Below, one piece after another: positions 26,077 through 37,228 of a stretch of 64,000 nt of DNA. Origin of the DNA: Escherichia coli. GTDB taxonomy: Bacteria > Pseudomonadota > Gammaproteobacteria > Enterobacterales > Enterobacteriaceae. Within the stretch, counting starts at the first letter, position 1; each line of letters begins with the position of its first letter. A model generated the notes under the pieces. It worked only from the letters and a program-made list of their open reading frames with translations, had not been told where the DNA came from and did not search any database. The DNA lies in NCBI RefSeq assembly GCF_001677475.2, contig NZ_CP015229.1; one strand, written 5' to 3'. The position numbers were made by a program, and so were the translations under genes.

Positions 26077-28520
26077 ATGAAAACGAAAATCCCTGATGCG
26101 GTATTGGCTGCTGAGGTGAGTCGCCGTGGTTTGGTAAAAACGACAGCGATCGGCGGCCTGGCAATGGCCAGCAGCGCATTAACATTACCTTTTAGTCGGA
26201 TTGCGCACGCTGTCGATAGCGCCATTCCAACAAAATCAGACGAAAAGGTTATCTGGAGCGCCTGTACAGTTAACTGTGGTAGTCGCTGCCCGCTACGTAT
26301 GCACGTCGTGGACGGTGAAATCAAATATGTCGAAACGGACAATACCGGCGATGACAATTACGACGGCCTGCACCAGGTTCGCGCCTGTCTGCGTGGGCGT
26401 TCCATGCGTCGCCGTGTCTACAATCCGGACCGGCTGAAATATCCGATGAAACGAGTCGGGGCGCGCGGTGAAGGCAAATTCGAGCGCATTAGCTGGGAAG
26501 AAGCCTACGACATCATCGCGACCAATATGCAGCGCCTGATCAAAGAGTACGGCAACGAGTCTATCTATCTGAACTATGGCACCGGTACGCTGGGCGGCAC
26601 CATGACCCGCTCCTGGCCGCCGGGAAATACCCTGGTCGCGCGCCTGATGAACTGCTGCGGCGGCTATCTGAACCATTACGGCGACTACTCCTCCGCGCAA
26701 ATTGCGGAAGGTCTGAACTATACCTACGGCGGCTGGGCAGATGGTAACAGCCCGTCGGATATCGAAAACAGTAAGCTGGTAGTGCTGTTTGGTAATAACC
26801 CAGGCGAAACGCGAATGAGTGGCGGCGGGGTGACTTATTACCTTGAACAGGCTCGCCAGAAATCTAATGCTCGCATGATCATCATCGATCCGCGCTATAC
26901 CGACACCGGTGCCGGGCGCGAAGATGAGTGGATCCCTATTCGTCCGGGAACAGATGCCGCACTGGTTAACGGTCTGGCGTACGTCATGATCACCGAAAAC
27001 CTGGTGGATCAGGCATTCCTCGATAAATATTGCGTTGGCTACGACGAGAAAACACTGCCAGCCAGTGCGCCGAAAAATGGTCACTATAAAGCTTATATTC
27101 TGGGTGAAGGGCCAGATGGCGTAGCTAAAACGCCGGAATGGGCCTCGCAAATCACCGGTGTTCCGGCAGACAAAATCATCAAACTGGCTCGTGAAATCGG
27201 CAGTACCAAACCGGCGTTTATCAGCCAGGGATGGGGCCCGCAGCGTCACGCTAACGGTGAAATCGCAACCCGTGCTATCTCGATGCTGGCGATTCTGACC
27301 GGTAACGTTGGTATTAATGGAGGGAACAGCGGCGCGCGTGAAGGTTCATACAGCTTACCGTTTGTCCGTATGCCGACCCTCGAAAACCCGATCCAGACCA
27401 GCATTTCTATGTTTATGTGGACCGATGCCATTGAACGTGGCCCGGAAATGACGGCGCTGCGTGATGGTGTGCGCGGGAAAGATAAGCTGGATGTGCCGAT
27501 CAAAATGATCTGGAACTATGCCGGTAACTGCCTGATTAACCAGCATTCTGAAATCAACCGTACCCATGAAATCCTTCAGGATGATAAGAAGTGCGAGCTG
27601 ATTGTGGTTATCGACTGCCACATGACCTCATCGGCGAAATATGCTGACATCCTGCTGCCTGACTGCACCGCTTCCGAACAGATGGACTTTGCACTGGATG
27701 CATCCTGCGGGAATATGTCTTACGTGATTTTCAACGATCAGGTGATTAAACCGCGCTTTGAATGTAAGACCATCTATGAAATGACCAGCGAACTGGCAAA
27801 ACGTCTTGGCGTTGAGCAACAGTTTACTGAAGGCCGTACACAGGAAGAGTGGATGCGGCATCTGTATGCCCAGTCGCGGGAAGCGATTCCTGAACTGCCA
27901 ACGTTTGAAGAGTTCCGCAAGCAGGGGATCTTTAAAAAGCGCGCCCACAAGGGCATCACGTTGCTTATAAAGCCTTCCGTGAAGATCCGCAGGCAAATCC
28001 ACTGACCACGCCATCGGGTAAAATTGAGATTTATTCGCAGGCGCTGGCTGACATTGCCGCTACCTGGGAATTGCCAGAAGGCGACGTGATCGATCCACTG
28101 CCGATCTACACGCCGGGCTTTGAAAGTTATCAGGATCCGCTGAACAAACAGTATCCGCTGCAGCTTACGGGTTTCCACTATAAATCTCGCGTTCACTCAA
28201 CTTACGGCAACGTTGATGTGCTGAAAGCGGCTTGCCGTCAGGAGATGTGGATCAACCCGCTTGATGCGCAAAAACGCGGTATCAACAACGGCGATAAAGT
28301 CAGGATCTTTAACGATCGTGGTGAGGTTCATATTGAGGCGAAAGTGACGCCACGAATGATGCCGGGCGTGGTCGCACTGGGTGAAGGTGCCTGGTATGAC
28401 CCAGATGCAAAACGTGTCGATAAGGGCGGTTGTATCAACGTACTGACCACTCAACGTCCGTCTCCTCTCGCTAAGGGGAATCCGTCACATACAAACCTTG
28501 TTCAGGTTGAAAAGGTGTAA
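26077..28520 (+). pseudogene. dmsA: dmsA, anaerobic DMSO reductase catalytic subunit, with an interrupted reading frame (true pseudogene or sequencing indel)
   Basis: ORF 26077..28005 (642 aa) has the Tat signal (SRRGLVKTTAIGG) and the molybdopterin-oxidoreductase N-terminus, then ends ...FKKRAHKGITLLIKPSVKIRRQIH*. The +1 frame is open from about 27936 to 28520 and encodes the expected C-terminal part (...PQGHHVAYKAFREDPQANPLTTPSGKIEIYSQ...NLVQVEKV), ending 10 bp before dmsB. This implies a 1-nt indel near 27940..27950. Confidence 0.6.
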
Positions 28521-28530
28521 GGAGTAACCG

Positions 28531-29148
28531 ATGACAACCCAGTATGGATTTTTTATTGATTCCAGCCGTTGCACCGGTTGCAAAACCTGCGAGCTGGCTT
28601 GTAAAGACTACAAAGATTTGACGCCAGAAGTCAGTTTCCGCCGCATTTATGAATATGCTGGCGGCGACTGGCAGGAAGATAACGGTGTCTGGCACCAGAA
28701 CGTGTTTGCCTACTATCTGTCGATTTCATGTAACCACTGCGAAGATCCGGCTTGTACTAAAGTCTGCCCGAGCGGTGCGATGCATAAACGTGAAGATGGT
28801 TTTGTTGTGGTCGATGAAGATGTGTGCATTGGCTGCCGTTACTGCCATATGGCTTGCCCGTACGGCGCACCGCAATATAACGAAACGAAAGGCCATATGA
28901 CCAAATGCGATGGTTGTTATGACCGTGTTGCGGAGGGGAAAAAACCGATCTGCGTAGAATCCTGCCCGCTGCGGGCGCTGGATTTCGGCCCTATCGACGA
29001 GCTGCGTAAAAAACATGGCGATTTGGCGGCTGTTGCGCCGTTGCCGCGAGCTCACTTTACCAAACCGAATATTGTGATCAAACCCAATGCCAACAGCCGC
29101 CCGACCGGGGATACCACTGGCTACCTGGCAAACCCGAAGGAGGTGTGA
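28531..29148 (+). CDS. dmsB: DMSO reductase iron-sulfur subunit DmsB
   Basis: 205-aa ORF with four Cys clusters of 4Fe-4S ferredoxin type (CTGCKTCELAC, CNHCEDPACTKVC, CIGCRYCHMAC, CDGC...C). Confidence 0.95.
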   Translation: MTTQYGFFIDSSRCTGCKTCELACKDYKDLTPEVSFRRIYEYAGGDWQEDNGVWHQNVFAYYLSISCNHCEDPACTKVCPSGAMHKREDGFVVVDEDVCIGCRYCHMACPYGAPQYNETKGHMTKCDGCYDRVAEGKKPICVESCPLRALDFGPIDELRKKHGDLAAVAPLPRAHFTKPNIVIKPNANSRPTGDTTGYLANPKEV

Positions 29149-29149
29149 G

Positions 29150-30013
29150 ATGGGAAGTGGATGGCATGAATGGCCGCTGATGATCTTCACGGTCTTCGGG
29201 CAATGTGTAGCGGGTGGTTTTATCGTTCTGGCTTTGGCGCTGCTCAAAGGCGACCTGCGAGCAGAAGCCCAGCAGCGTGTTATTGCCTGCATGTTTGGTT
29301 TATGGGTGCTGATGGGCATTGGCTTTATCGCCTCTATGCTCCATCTTGGTTCACCGATGCGCGCCTTTAACTCGCTCAACCGGGTAGGGGCTTCAGCACT
29401 CAGTAACGAAATCGCCAGCGGTTCGATCTTTTTTGCTGTTGGTGGCATCGGCTGGTTGCTGGCAATGCTGAAAAAGCTGTCACCGGCATTGCGTACGCTG
29501 TGGCTGGTGGTGACGATGGTTCTTGGCGTCGTCTTTGTCTGGATGATGGTGCGTGTCTATAACAGCATCGATACCGTACCCACCTGGTACAGCATCTGGA
29601 CACCGATGGGCTTCTTCCTGACGATGTTCATGGGCGGCCCGTTACTGGGTTACCTGTTGCTGAGTCTGGCTGGCGTCGATGGCTGGGCGATGCGTCTGCT
29701 GCCAGCCATTTCTGTACTGGCACTGTTAGTGAGTGGCGTGATGTCAGTGATGCAGGGCGCAGAGCTGGCGACTATTCATAGTTCTGTGCAGCAGGCCGCA
29801 GCGCTGGTGCCGGACTATGGTGCGCTGATGTCCTGGCGGATCGTGCTTTTGGCTGTTGCCCTGTGTTTGTGGATTGCACCACAGCTAAAAGGTTATCAGC
29901 CTGCGGTTCCGCTACTATCCGTCTCATTCATTCTGCTTCTGGCAGGAGAATTAATCGGTCGCGGCGTATTCTATGGTTTGCATATGACCGTGGGGATGGC
30001 CGTCGCAAGCTAA
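29150..30013 (+). CDS. dmsC: DMSO reductase membrane anchor subunit DmsC
   Basis: ORF 29087..30013. Start taken at MGSGWHEWPLMIFTVFGQ (287 aa), 1 bp after the dmsB stop, with SD aaggagg upstream. Polytopic membrane protein. Confidence 0.9.
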   Translation: MGSGWHEWPLMIFTVFGQCVAGGFIVLALALLKGDLRAEAQQRVIACMFGLWVLMGIGFIASMLHLGSPMRAFNSLNRVGASALSNEIASGSIFFAVGGIGWLLAMLKKLSPALRTLWLVVTMVLGVVFVWMMVRVYNSIDTVPTWYSIWTPMGFFLTMFMGGPLLGYLLLSLAGVDGWAMRLLPAISVLALLVSGVMSVMQGAELATIHSSVQQAAALVPDYGALMSWRIVLLAVALCLWIAPQLKGYQPAVPLLSVSFILLLAGELIGRGVFYGLHMTVGMAVAS

Positions 30014-30021
30014 TCAGTAAC

Positions 30022-30043
30022 AACCGGGGTTTCGACCCCGGTT
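30022..30043. terminator. Bidirectional hairpin between dmsC (+) and ycaC (-)
   Basis: aaccgggg-tttcga-ccccggtt inverted repeat between convergent genes. Confidence 0.5.
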
Positions 30044-30048
30044 CTCTA

Positions 30049-30675
30049 TTATTTCTGCTTCGTTAATGTGTCATAACTGGTCATCAAATTACGATAATCA
30101 GGAATGTGGTTAGAGAACAACGTCGCCAGTCCTTCAATATCATTACGCCAGTCACGGTGCAGCTCGCAAGCCACGCCGAACCATGTCATCAATTGCGCAC
30201 CAGCTTGCGACATGCGATCCCACGCCGAATGCCGGGTAATTTCATTAAAGGTCCCTGATGCATCAGTCACGACAAATACATCAAACCCCTCTTCAATGGC
30301 TGAAAGCGCCGGGAATGCCACGCAAACTTCGGTTACCACACCGGCAATAATTAACTGTTTTTTACCTGTCGCTTTGACAGCTTTTACAAAATCTTCGTTA
30401 TCCCAGGCGTTAATATTTCCCGGGCGAGCAATGTAAGGTGCATCGGGAAACTGTGCTTTCAGTTCTGGAACTAATGGGCCGTTAGGACCGGTTTCAAAAC
30501 TGGTGGTAAGAATAGTAGGTAAGTTGAAATACTTAGCCAGGTCGCCCAGCGCCAGCACGTTATTTTTAAACTTATCGGGTTCGATATCCCGTACAAGGGA
30601 AAGTAAACCAGCCTGGTGATCAACAAGCAAAACGGCAGCATCATTTTTATCAAGACGAACATACGGTTTGGTCAT
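30049..30675 (-). CDS. ycaC: Isochorismatase-family hydrolase YcaC
   Basis: 208-aa ORF MTKPYVRLDKNDAAVLLVDHQAGL...; cysteine hydrolase fold signature (VAGVVTEVCV). Confidence 0.9.
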   Translation of the reverse strand: MTKPYVRLDKNDAAVLLVDHQAGLLSLVRDIEPDKFKNNVLALGDLAKYFNLPTILTTSFETGPNGPLVPELKAQFPDAPYIARPGNINAWDNEDFVKAVKATGKKQLIIAGVVTEVCVAFPALSAIEEGFDVFVVTDASGTFNEITRHSAWDRMSQAGAQLMTWFGVACELHRDWRNDIEGLATLFSNHIPDYRNLMTSYDTLTKQK

Positions 30676-30989
30676 CCTCTTCTCCTTTCGAGAGTCAGTG
30701 GTACGTCTGAAATCGGTCAGACGCGATGCATTGCTCTGAAAGCATAGACGGGAAATATGAGTTTGCTTTGACCATGAAATTTTTCGACTGAACGAAGCGT
30801 ATGAAATTTGTGTTAGATCAATAAAAACAACCAGATGAGATTAATCGTCTCTCCAGCATTAGCGTTATGAATGAGTAATATAAATCGATAATACCTCCGC
30901 TGCGATATGCGCGTATTTTCACCCATTGACAATGTTTTTGGCGGTGGCATGATGCGCATGAAATTTGAACTTCCTCACGGTTTTAATTC

Positions 30990-32138
30990 ATGTCCACGTA
31001 TACCCGGCCTGTCATGCTTTTGCTGTCTGGCCTGCTTTTGTTGACTCTGGCGATCGCAGTGTTAAATACACTCGTGCCGCTTTGGCTCGCCCAGGAACAC
31101 ATGTCCACATGGCAGGTAGGCGTTGTCAGCTCATCCTATTTTACCGGCAACCTGGTCGGTACATTGCTGACAGGGTATGTCATTAAGCGCATTGGCTTTA
31201 ACCGCAGCTATTATCTGGCCTCCTTCATTTTTGCCGCTGGCTGTGCCGGCCTTGGCCTGATGATTGGATTCTGGAGCTGGTTGGCTTGGCGTTTTGTCGC
31301 CGGCGTCGGCTGTGCCATGATTTGGGTGGTTGTTGAGAGCGCGCTGATGTGCAGTGGGACGTCACGTAACCGTGGGCGTTTGCTTGCTGCGTATATGATG
31401 GTTTATTACGTGGGAACGTTTTTAGGCCAGTTACTGGTCAGCAAAGTTTCAACCGAGCTGATGTCCGTATTGCCGTGGGTTACAGGTTTGACGTTGGCAG
31501 GGATCTTACCGCTGTTGTTTACGCGTGTGCTGAATCAGCAGGCTGAAAACCATGATTCGACGTCAATTACGTCAATGCTAAAACTCCGTCAGGCGCGGCT
31601 TGGCGTGAATGGCTGCATTATCTCAGGAATCGTTCTGGGATCTCTATATGGCCTGATGCCGCTGTACCTCAATCACAAAGGGGTGAGCAATGCCAGCATT
31701 GGTTTCTGGATGGCGGTACTGGTCAGTGCGGGTATCCTTGGACAATGGCCGATTGGACGTCTGGCGGATAAGTTTGGTCGACTGCTGGTGTTGCGTGTTC
31801 AGGTCTTTGTCGTCATTCTCGGCAGTATCGCGATGCTTAGCCAGGCGGCGATGGCCCCAGCGTTATTCATCCTCGGTGCCGCTGGCTTTACGCTATATCC
31901 GGTGGCGATGGCATGGGCTTGCGAGAAAGTTGAACATCATCAACTGGTGGCGATGAACCAGGCCTTACTGTTGAGCTATACCGTGGGAAGTCTGCTTGGC
32001 CCGTCATTTACTGCCATGCTAATGCAGAATTTCTCCGATAATTTATTGTTTATCATGATCGCCAGCGTATCGTTTATCTATTTGCTGATGCTGCTTCGCA
32101 ACGCCGGTCATACGCCGAAACCCGTTGCTCACGTGTAA
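30990..32138 (+). CDS. ycaD: MFS transporter YcaD
   Basis: 382-aa ORF, 12-helix hydrophobic pattern; position and length match ycaD. Confidence 0.9.
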   Translation: MSTYTRPVMLLLSGLLLLTLAIAVLNTLVPLWLAQEHMSTWQVGVVSSSYFTGNLVGTLLTGYVIKRIGFNRSYYLASFIFAAGCAGLGLMIGFWSWLAWRFVAGVGCAMIWVVVESALMCSGTSRNRGRLLAAYMMVYYVGTFLGQLLVSKVSTELMSVLPWVTGLTLAGILPLLFTRVLNQQAENHDSTSITSMLKLRQARLGVNGCIISGIVLGSLYGLMPLYLNHKGVSNASIGFWMAVLVSAGILGQWPIGRLADKFGRLLVLRVQVFVVILGSIAMLSQAAMAPALFILGAAGFTLYPVAMAWACEKVEHHQLVAMNQALLLSYTVGSLLGPSFTAMLMQNFSDNLLFIMIASVSFIYLLMLLRNAGHTPKPVAHV

Positions 32139-32347
32139 ATGAATTAACGCAGAGTGTGAACTTACTGTTTCACACTCTGCTTTTCTGTTTCTTCTCTCTG
32201 ACTTGCTTTTTTCAAAATTTTATTCGTTTCAAAATAAAATGTGCAGCAGGTTATAATTTTGCATTTCGCTATTTCCGCACTTCTTATTTGCCGCGCATAA
32301 TCCTTCGTTTTACAGATGCCCCTTTAATTTTGGCGAAGGATTTGTCT

Positions 32348-33778
32348 ATGGCTGGGAATGTTCAGGAAAAACAGCTGCGATGGTACAACATTGCGCTGAT
32401 GTCTTTTATCACTGTCTGGGGTTTTGGCAACGTTGTTAATAACTACGCCAACCAGGGGCTGGTGGTTGTTTTTTCATGGGTGTTTATCTTTGCGCTCTAT
32501 TTCACACCTTATGCGCTAATTGTTGGCCAGTTAGGCTCGACCTTCAAAGATGGGAAGGGCGGGGTCAGTACCTGGATTAAACACACGATGGGACCCGGAC
32601 TGGCTTACCTCGCCGCGTGGACCTACTGGGTAGTGCATATTCCCTATCTGGCACAAAAACCCCAGGCAATACTGATTGCGCTCGGTTGGGCGATGAAAGG
32701 CGACGGTTCGCTAATCAAAGAATATTCAGTCGTAGCGTTACAGGGGTTAACGCTGGTGCTGTTTATCTTCTTTATGTGGGTTGCTTCACGCGGTATGAAA
32801 TCGCTGAAAATCGTCGGTTCTGTGGCAGGGATTGCGATGTTTGTTATGTCGCTCCTGTATGTGGCGATGGCGGTAACCGCGCCTGCGATTACTGAAGTGC
32901 ATATTGCGACCACAAACATTACCTGGGAAACGTTCATTCCTCATATCGACTTTACCTACATTACCACTATTTCAATGCTGGTTTTCGCGGTTGGCGGAGC
33001 AGAGAAGATTTCTCCTTACGTTAATCAAACGCGCAACCCAGGAAAAGAATTTCCAAAAGGGATGTTATGCCTGGCGGTGATGGTTGCGGTTTGTGCCATT
33101 CTGGGCTCACTGGCGATGGGGATGATGTTTGACTCGCGTAATATCCCGGATGACTTAATGACTAACGGTCAGTATTACGCCTTTCAGAAGCTGGGCGAGT
33201 ATTACAACATGGGTAATACTTTAATGGTGATTTATGCCATTGCGAATACCCTGGGACAAGTAGCTGCGCTGGTATTCTCGATTGATGCACCGCTTAAAGT
33301 GTTATTAGGCGATGCCGACAGCAAATATATTCCAGCAAGTTTATGTCGTACCAACGCTTCTGGTACGCCCGTTAATGGCTATTTTCTGACCCTGGTGCTG
33401 GTGGCGATCCTGATAATGCTACCGACTCTCGGCATTGGTGATATGAACAATCTCTATAAATGGCTGTTGAATCTTAACTCGGTAGTGATGCCGCTGCGTT
33501 ATTTGTGGGTATTTGTTGCGTTTATTGCTGTCGTTCGCCTGGCGCAGAAATATAAACCAGAGTATGTCTTTATTCGTAATAAGCCGATGGCAATGACCGT
33601 CGGGATATGGTGTTTTGCCTTTACCGCTTTTGCATGCCTGACAGGAATTTTCCCTAAAATGGAAGCCTTCATTGCAGAGTGGACATTCCAATTGGCACTG
33701 AACATTACTACGCCATTTGTCCTCGTTGGACTGGGGCTGATATTCCCGCTGCTTGCACGTAAAACGAATACAAAATAG
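32348..33778 (+). CDS. ycaM: APC-family amino-acid/polyamine transporter YcaM
   Basis: ORF 32156..33778. Start taken at MAGNVQEKQLRWYNIALMSF (476 aa), preceded by aagga. Polytopic membrane protein. Confidence 0.88.
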   Translation: MAGNVQEKQLRWYNIALMSFITVWGFGNVVNNYANQGLVVVFSWVFIFALYFTPYALIVGQLGSTFKDGKGGVSTWIKHTMGPGLAYLAAWTYWVVHIPYLAQKPQAILIALGWAMKGDGSLIKEYSVVALQGLTLVLFIFFMWVASRGMKSLKIVGSVAGIAMFVMSLLYVAMAVTAPAITEVHIATTNITWETFIPHIDFTYITTISMLVFAVGGAEKISPYVNQTRNPGKEFPKGMLCLAVMVAVCAILGSLAMGMMFDSRNIPDDLMTNGQYYAFQKLGEYYNMGNTLMVIYAIANTLGQVAALVFSIDAPLKVLLGDADSKYIPASLCRTNASGTPVNGYFLTLVLVAILIMLPTLGIGDMNNLYKWLLNLNSVVMPLRYLWVFVAFIAVVRLAQKYKPEYVFIRNKPMAMTVGIWCFAFTAFACLTGIFPKMEAFIAEWTFQLALNITTPFVLVGLGLIFPLLARKTNTK

Positions 33779-33785
33779 TCATCAT

Positions 33786-33803
33786 GCCCCGGTTCGCCGG
33801 GGC
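33786..33803 (+). terminator. Hairpin just downstream of ycaM (weak terminator candidate)
   Basis: gccccgg-ttcg-ccggggc perfect inverted repeat 8 bp after the ycaM stop; no clear U-tract. Confidence 0.35.
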
Positions 33804-34875
33804 TGTGATATCAAATAGACTAAAATTAGATCAGGCCTGATAAGGCAAAAGTTAAGTTTTTCTTAAGAGATGAAAGAAAATCAACGCTACCGTGATAATA
33901 CGAATTTTAGTTATCGGAGACCATTATTTTTAGATATGGTGATAGTTTTAATTATTGGTTATTTTGCAAGTTATTATTTTGGGCTCTGGAGTAAACTCTT
34001 GCGCATAGTAATAACATGATTTTTACGGCTAAATTTTCAACAAAGATTGGTAATGTAAACTCGTATTTTTTGATTTGCATCAATGAATTCGCACGTTGCT
34101 AATTATGGTTAAATTTGCTGAGAATGATTGCGGTTATTGTTTGGATATGCAGATGGTATATTGATTCACTGGCGTAATATTCTGTAAAAATTATATTTTA
34201 TAGTGTTTTAATCTGGCAAAAATCATCTCCCGACAGAATCTTCTCATGCCTGGTGTAGTTCACAGTCTTTTGTTTTAAAAATAAAATAGTGCTCTAATGT
34301 TGCATCTATTGTTTTATCGAGCGTGTGTTCCTGAAAATATTTATCTGTTAGGTTGATGGACAAATTACAGCCTGGGCAGTGAAATTTTCACGATCACTTT
34401 CTGACTAAATCTTACTTTAAGGTTACTGATTAATATATTTGGGCTAAGAGAGTCGTATTACACATGTCTCAAAAAAGATAAATAAACAGAAAGGATTACT
34501 CACAATAGATACTAATAACACTTTTGGATAGTTATAGAGTAGAAGCCACGACTCAGCAGGATGTAGTAGCTGTGTTGTTATAAGTTAATTTTTTCATGGC
34601 TAAATTATTTCGTTGAAAAATTAACGAAAGGCGGTAGCGTGGGTGAAAGATACAAAATGAGTGTTACATATAACAATATTACCTTGGTTAAAATAGAATG
34701 AATGATAATCACCTGTGGAAATTAAGAAAAAAGTAATCTTCTCATCATGATATATTTTTTATATGGAATAGTGAAATTAATAAAATCATAAAGAGGAGAG
34801 CAACATCGTCTAATATACAGAACGTTATACGATATGATATGAAGCTATTAATAACATTTTAGTCAGAATACCAGT

Positions 34876-37224
34876 ATGTATAGCATTACCGAAAAATTAA
34901 ACTCAAGATTTAACACTGCGGTTATATTAGCTGTTACTGTCTATATTGTCTTGTCATTTATTACCGCAATTGATTTCCATAAAAAAATAGCAGAAAACTC
35001 TGCACAGATTAACCTTATACTCATCAATAACAATTTGAATAATTTTTTTTCTAAAGTTGAAAAAGAGGCTGATGCATTAAAAGATGCAATCTATCTGTTA
35101 CATGATGAAGATGAAATAAAGCGAGCAGTCCTTCATCGCATGAAAAAAATAGACGCGGTTAATTTAGTAGGGATAATGCTCAATAATGGAAAATATCTTA
35201 GCTTTATTCGAACTGAGAATGGGGAGGTAAAATTTCTGGGGCAATCAGAACCCGGTAAACCTTTTATTGGTGACGATGGTGATATCAGCGATAACTACTT
35301 TAATCCGGAATCACGCCCATGGAATAAATTACCGAGGGGGACTTATTCAAAATGGTCACCATGGTATAATTGTTATGGTATTGCCGGAAAAAAATGTTTT
35401 TCGTTTTCACTACGACCATCCGAAGAAGAAAAAAATTCATTTGCTTTGAAGTTAATACATCTGGATGTTGATGAAAAATATTTCAGTAATTTTTTAAATA
35501 AACTGGGTGGTGATTCTGATATTTTATTCATGGAACAAAACAAAAGGATTATGGTGGGTAATGAAAAATCAATGTTACATCTTATTGTCCGTGATTTATC
35601 GGGAAGTTATAACATAAGCAATAATAGTGGCAACTATACAGACAATGTTATCTCACTCCCCTGGCTTCCTGATGTCAGATTCCATTATTTCCACTATCAA
35701 AAATCAGAAGATACAAACATCAATAAATATTTTACACTGATGTTTTTATGTGGCTTGGTTTGTTTCTGTTTATTATGGTATATCGTTGAAAAAATAACAA
35801 GAAAAATCAAAGGTGAATCCAGCAAACTGATAGAACATCTGAAAAAATTAGCTAATTCAGTATATCGCAACGACACAATTGATATTGTGCAAAATGACAG
35901 TGGTGAGATTGTTGAACTCAAAAAGATCATTAATAATATCAGCGATAAATACAAGGAGCGTATGGACCGATTACTTAATCTTGTGTCCTATGAACAAGGA
36001 AGTTGCTTTTATATTAATAAGGCTATTATTGAAACTAATAATAAAACCTATTTGGCAATTGGTATGCTTTGCATCTATGGATTAGAGTTTGTTGAAGCGG
36101 TATATGGAAATCAGAAATTTCATGAGATTTTTAATGATATAAAATCTAAGATATCACAAAAATATTCAAAATATTGTGATATCGTAAAAATCTCAACTGA
36201 AACATACTTGTTGCTATGTCACACTGATTGCGAAGAGTTCATCGAAAAATTATCGGTTTTAAACTTTCCTGAACATATATTTTGCATAAGAAATATATAT
36301 ATCCACAAGATTGCCATTTGCGAAAATTTTTCAGGGGAAAATGTATCGATTTATGAAAGGAAACTGAAACTGGCATTAACAGCTATGCGGGAAAATAAAG
36401 AATCTGAATTTATTTTTTATGATGACATCAAAGTCCATGAACTTGATCAAAAGGTCTGGGTGGCAGGAAATATAAAAAAAGCGATTGCGAGTAATGAGCT
36501 TTATTTAGTATATCAACCGATTGTTGATATGGATAATAATAGGGTTGTAGGCGCAGAGGCGTTATGTCGCTGGTTGTCCTGCGAAAATGGGGTAATACCG
36601 CCATCAATTTTTGTACCTGTTGCTGAAGAAATAGGATTAATTAAAGAACTGGGTGATTTTGTTCTCGAAACAGCTATTAGCGAATTTGGGGTGTTTAGTT
36701 GTGAATATGAGGTTGCTAACGATTTTCTCCTGCATATCAATGTTTCTCCCTGGCAATTAAATGAATTTGACTTCCACACTCGTGTTCTTACTTTAATTAA
36801 TGCATTTGGTGTAAATGTTGAACAAATCTGCCTGGAGATCACCGAATCAGCAGTAAAAGATATAAATGATAGCTTTTACAATAATATAAATATTTTAAAA
36901 GAAAATGGTATCAAGATTTCCCTTGATGATTTCGGAAGTGGATTAGCTGACCTGAAAAAACTTTATAAAGTAAGACCTGATAGCATTAAAATTGATTCAG
37001 AGTTTACCTCTGGTATTTTCGATGAAACTAACAAGGTTGTATATTTTATATCCAATCTTGCTCGTGAAGAAAATATGCCGGTAATAGCTGAAGGTGTTGA
37101 AACTGAAAGTCAGGCTAGAGAGTTGCAAAAATTAGGATTTTCTCATGTTCAGGGATACTTATACCAGAAACCGTTACCGTTTTCAGAATGGCATATAGAC
37201 AACAAACCGAAAAAAAGAAAATAA
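34876..37224 (+). CDS. Membrane-bound c-di-GMP phosphodiesterase: TM, periplasmic sensor domain, TM, cytoplasmic linker region, EAL domain
   Basis: 782 aa. Hydrophobic helices near residues 15-35 and ~285-305. EAL-domain motifs all present: QPIVD, EALCRW, NVSP, LEITES, DDFGSG, KIDSEF, AEGVETE, QGYLY. No GG(D/E)EF signature upstream of the EAL domain. Confidence 0.85.
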   Translation: MYSITEKLNSRFNTAVILAVTVYIVLSFITAIDFHKKIAENSAQINLILINNNLNNFFSKVEKEADALKDAIYLLHDEDEIKRAVLHRMKKIDAVNLVGIMLNNGKYLSFIRTENGEVKFLGQSEPGKPFIGDDGDISDNYFNPESRPWNKLPRGTYSKWSPWYNCYGIAGKKCFSFSLRPSEEEKNSFALKLIHLDVDEKYFSNFLNKLGGDSDILFMEQNKRIMVGNEKSMLHLIVRDLSGSYNISNNSGNYTDNVISLPWLPDVRFHYFHYQKSEDTNINKYFTLMFLCGLVCFCLLWYIVEKITRKIKGESSKLIEHLKKLANSVYRNDTIDIVQNDSGEIVELKKIINNISDKYKERMDRLLNLVSYEQGSCFYINKAIIETNNKTYLAIGMLCIYGLEFVEAVYGNQKFHEIFNDIKSKISQKYSKYCDIVKISTETYLLLCHTDCEEFIEKLSVLNFPEHIFCIRNIYIHKIAICENFSGENVSIYERKLKLALTAMRENKESEFIFYDDIKVHELDQKVWVAGNIKKAIASNELYLVYQPIVDMDNNRVVGAEALCRWLSCENGVIPPSIFVPVAEEIGLIKELGDFVLETAISEFGVFSCEYEVANDFLLHINVSPWQLNEFDFHTRVLTLINAFGVNVEQICLEITESAVKDINDSFYNNINILKENGIKISLDDFGSGLADLKKLYKVRPDSIKIDSEFTSGIFDETNKVVYFISNLAREENMPVIAEGVETESQARELQKLGFSHVQGYLYQKPLPFSEWHIDNKPKKRK

Positions 37225-37228
37225 AGCA

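Noticed and set aside
26293-27249. 318-aa ORF antisense to dmsA
   Set aside because: Nested antisense ORF inside the molybdopterin oxidoreductase gene; no supporting features.
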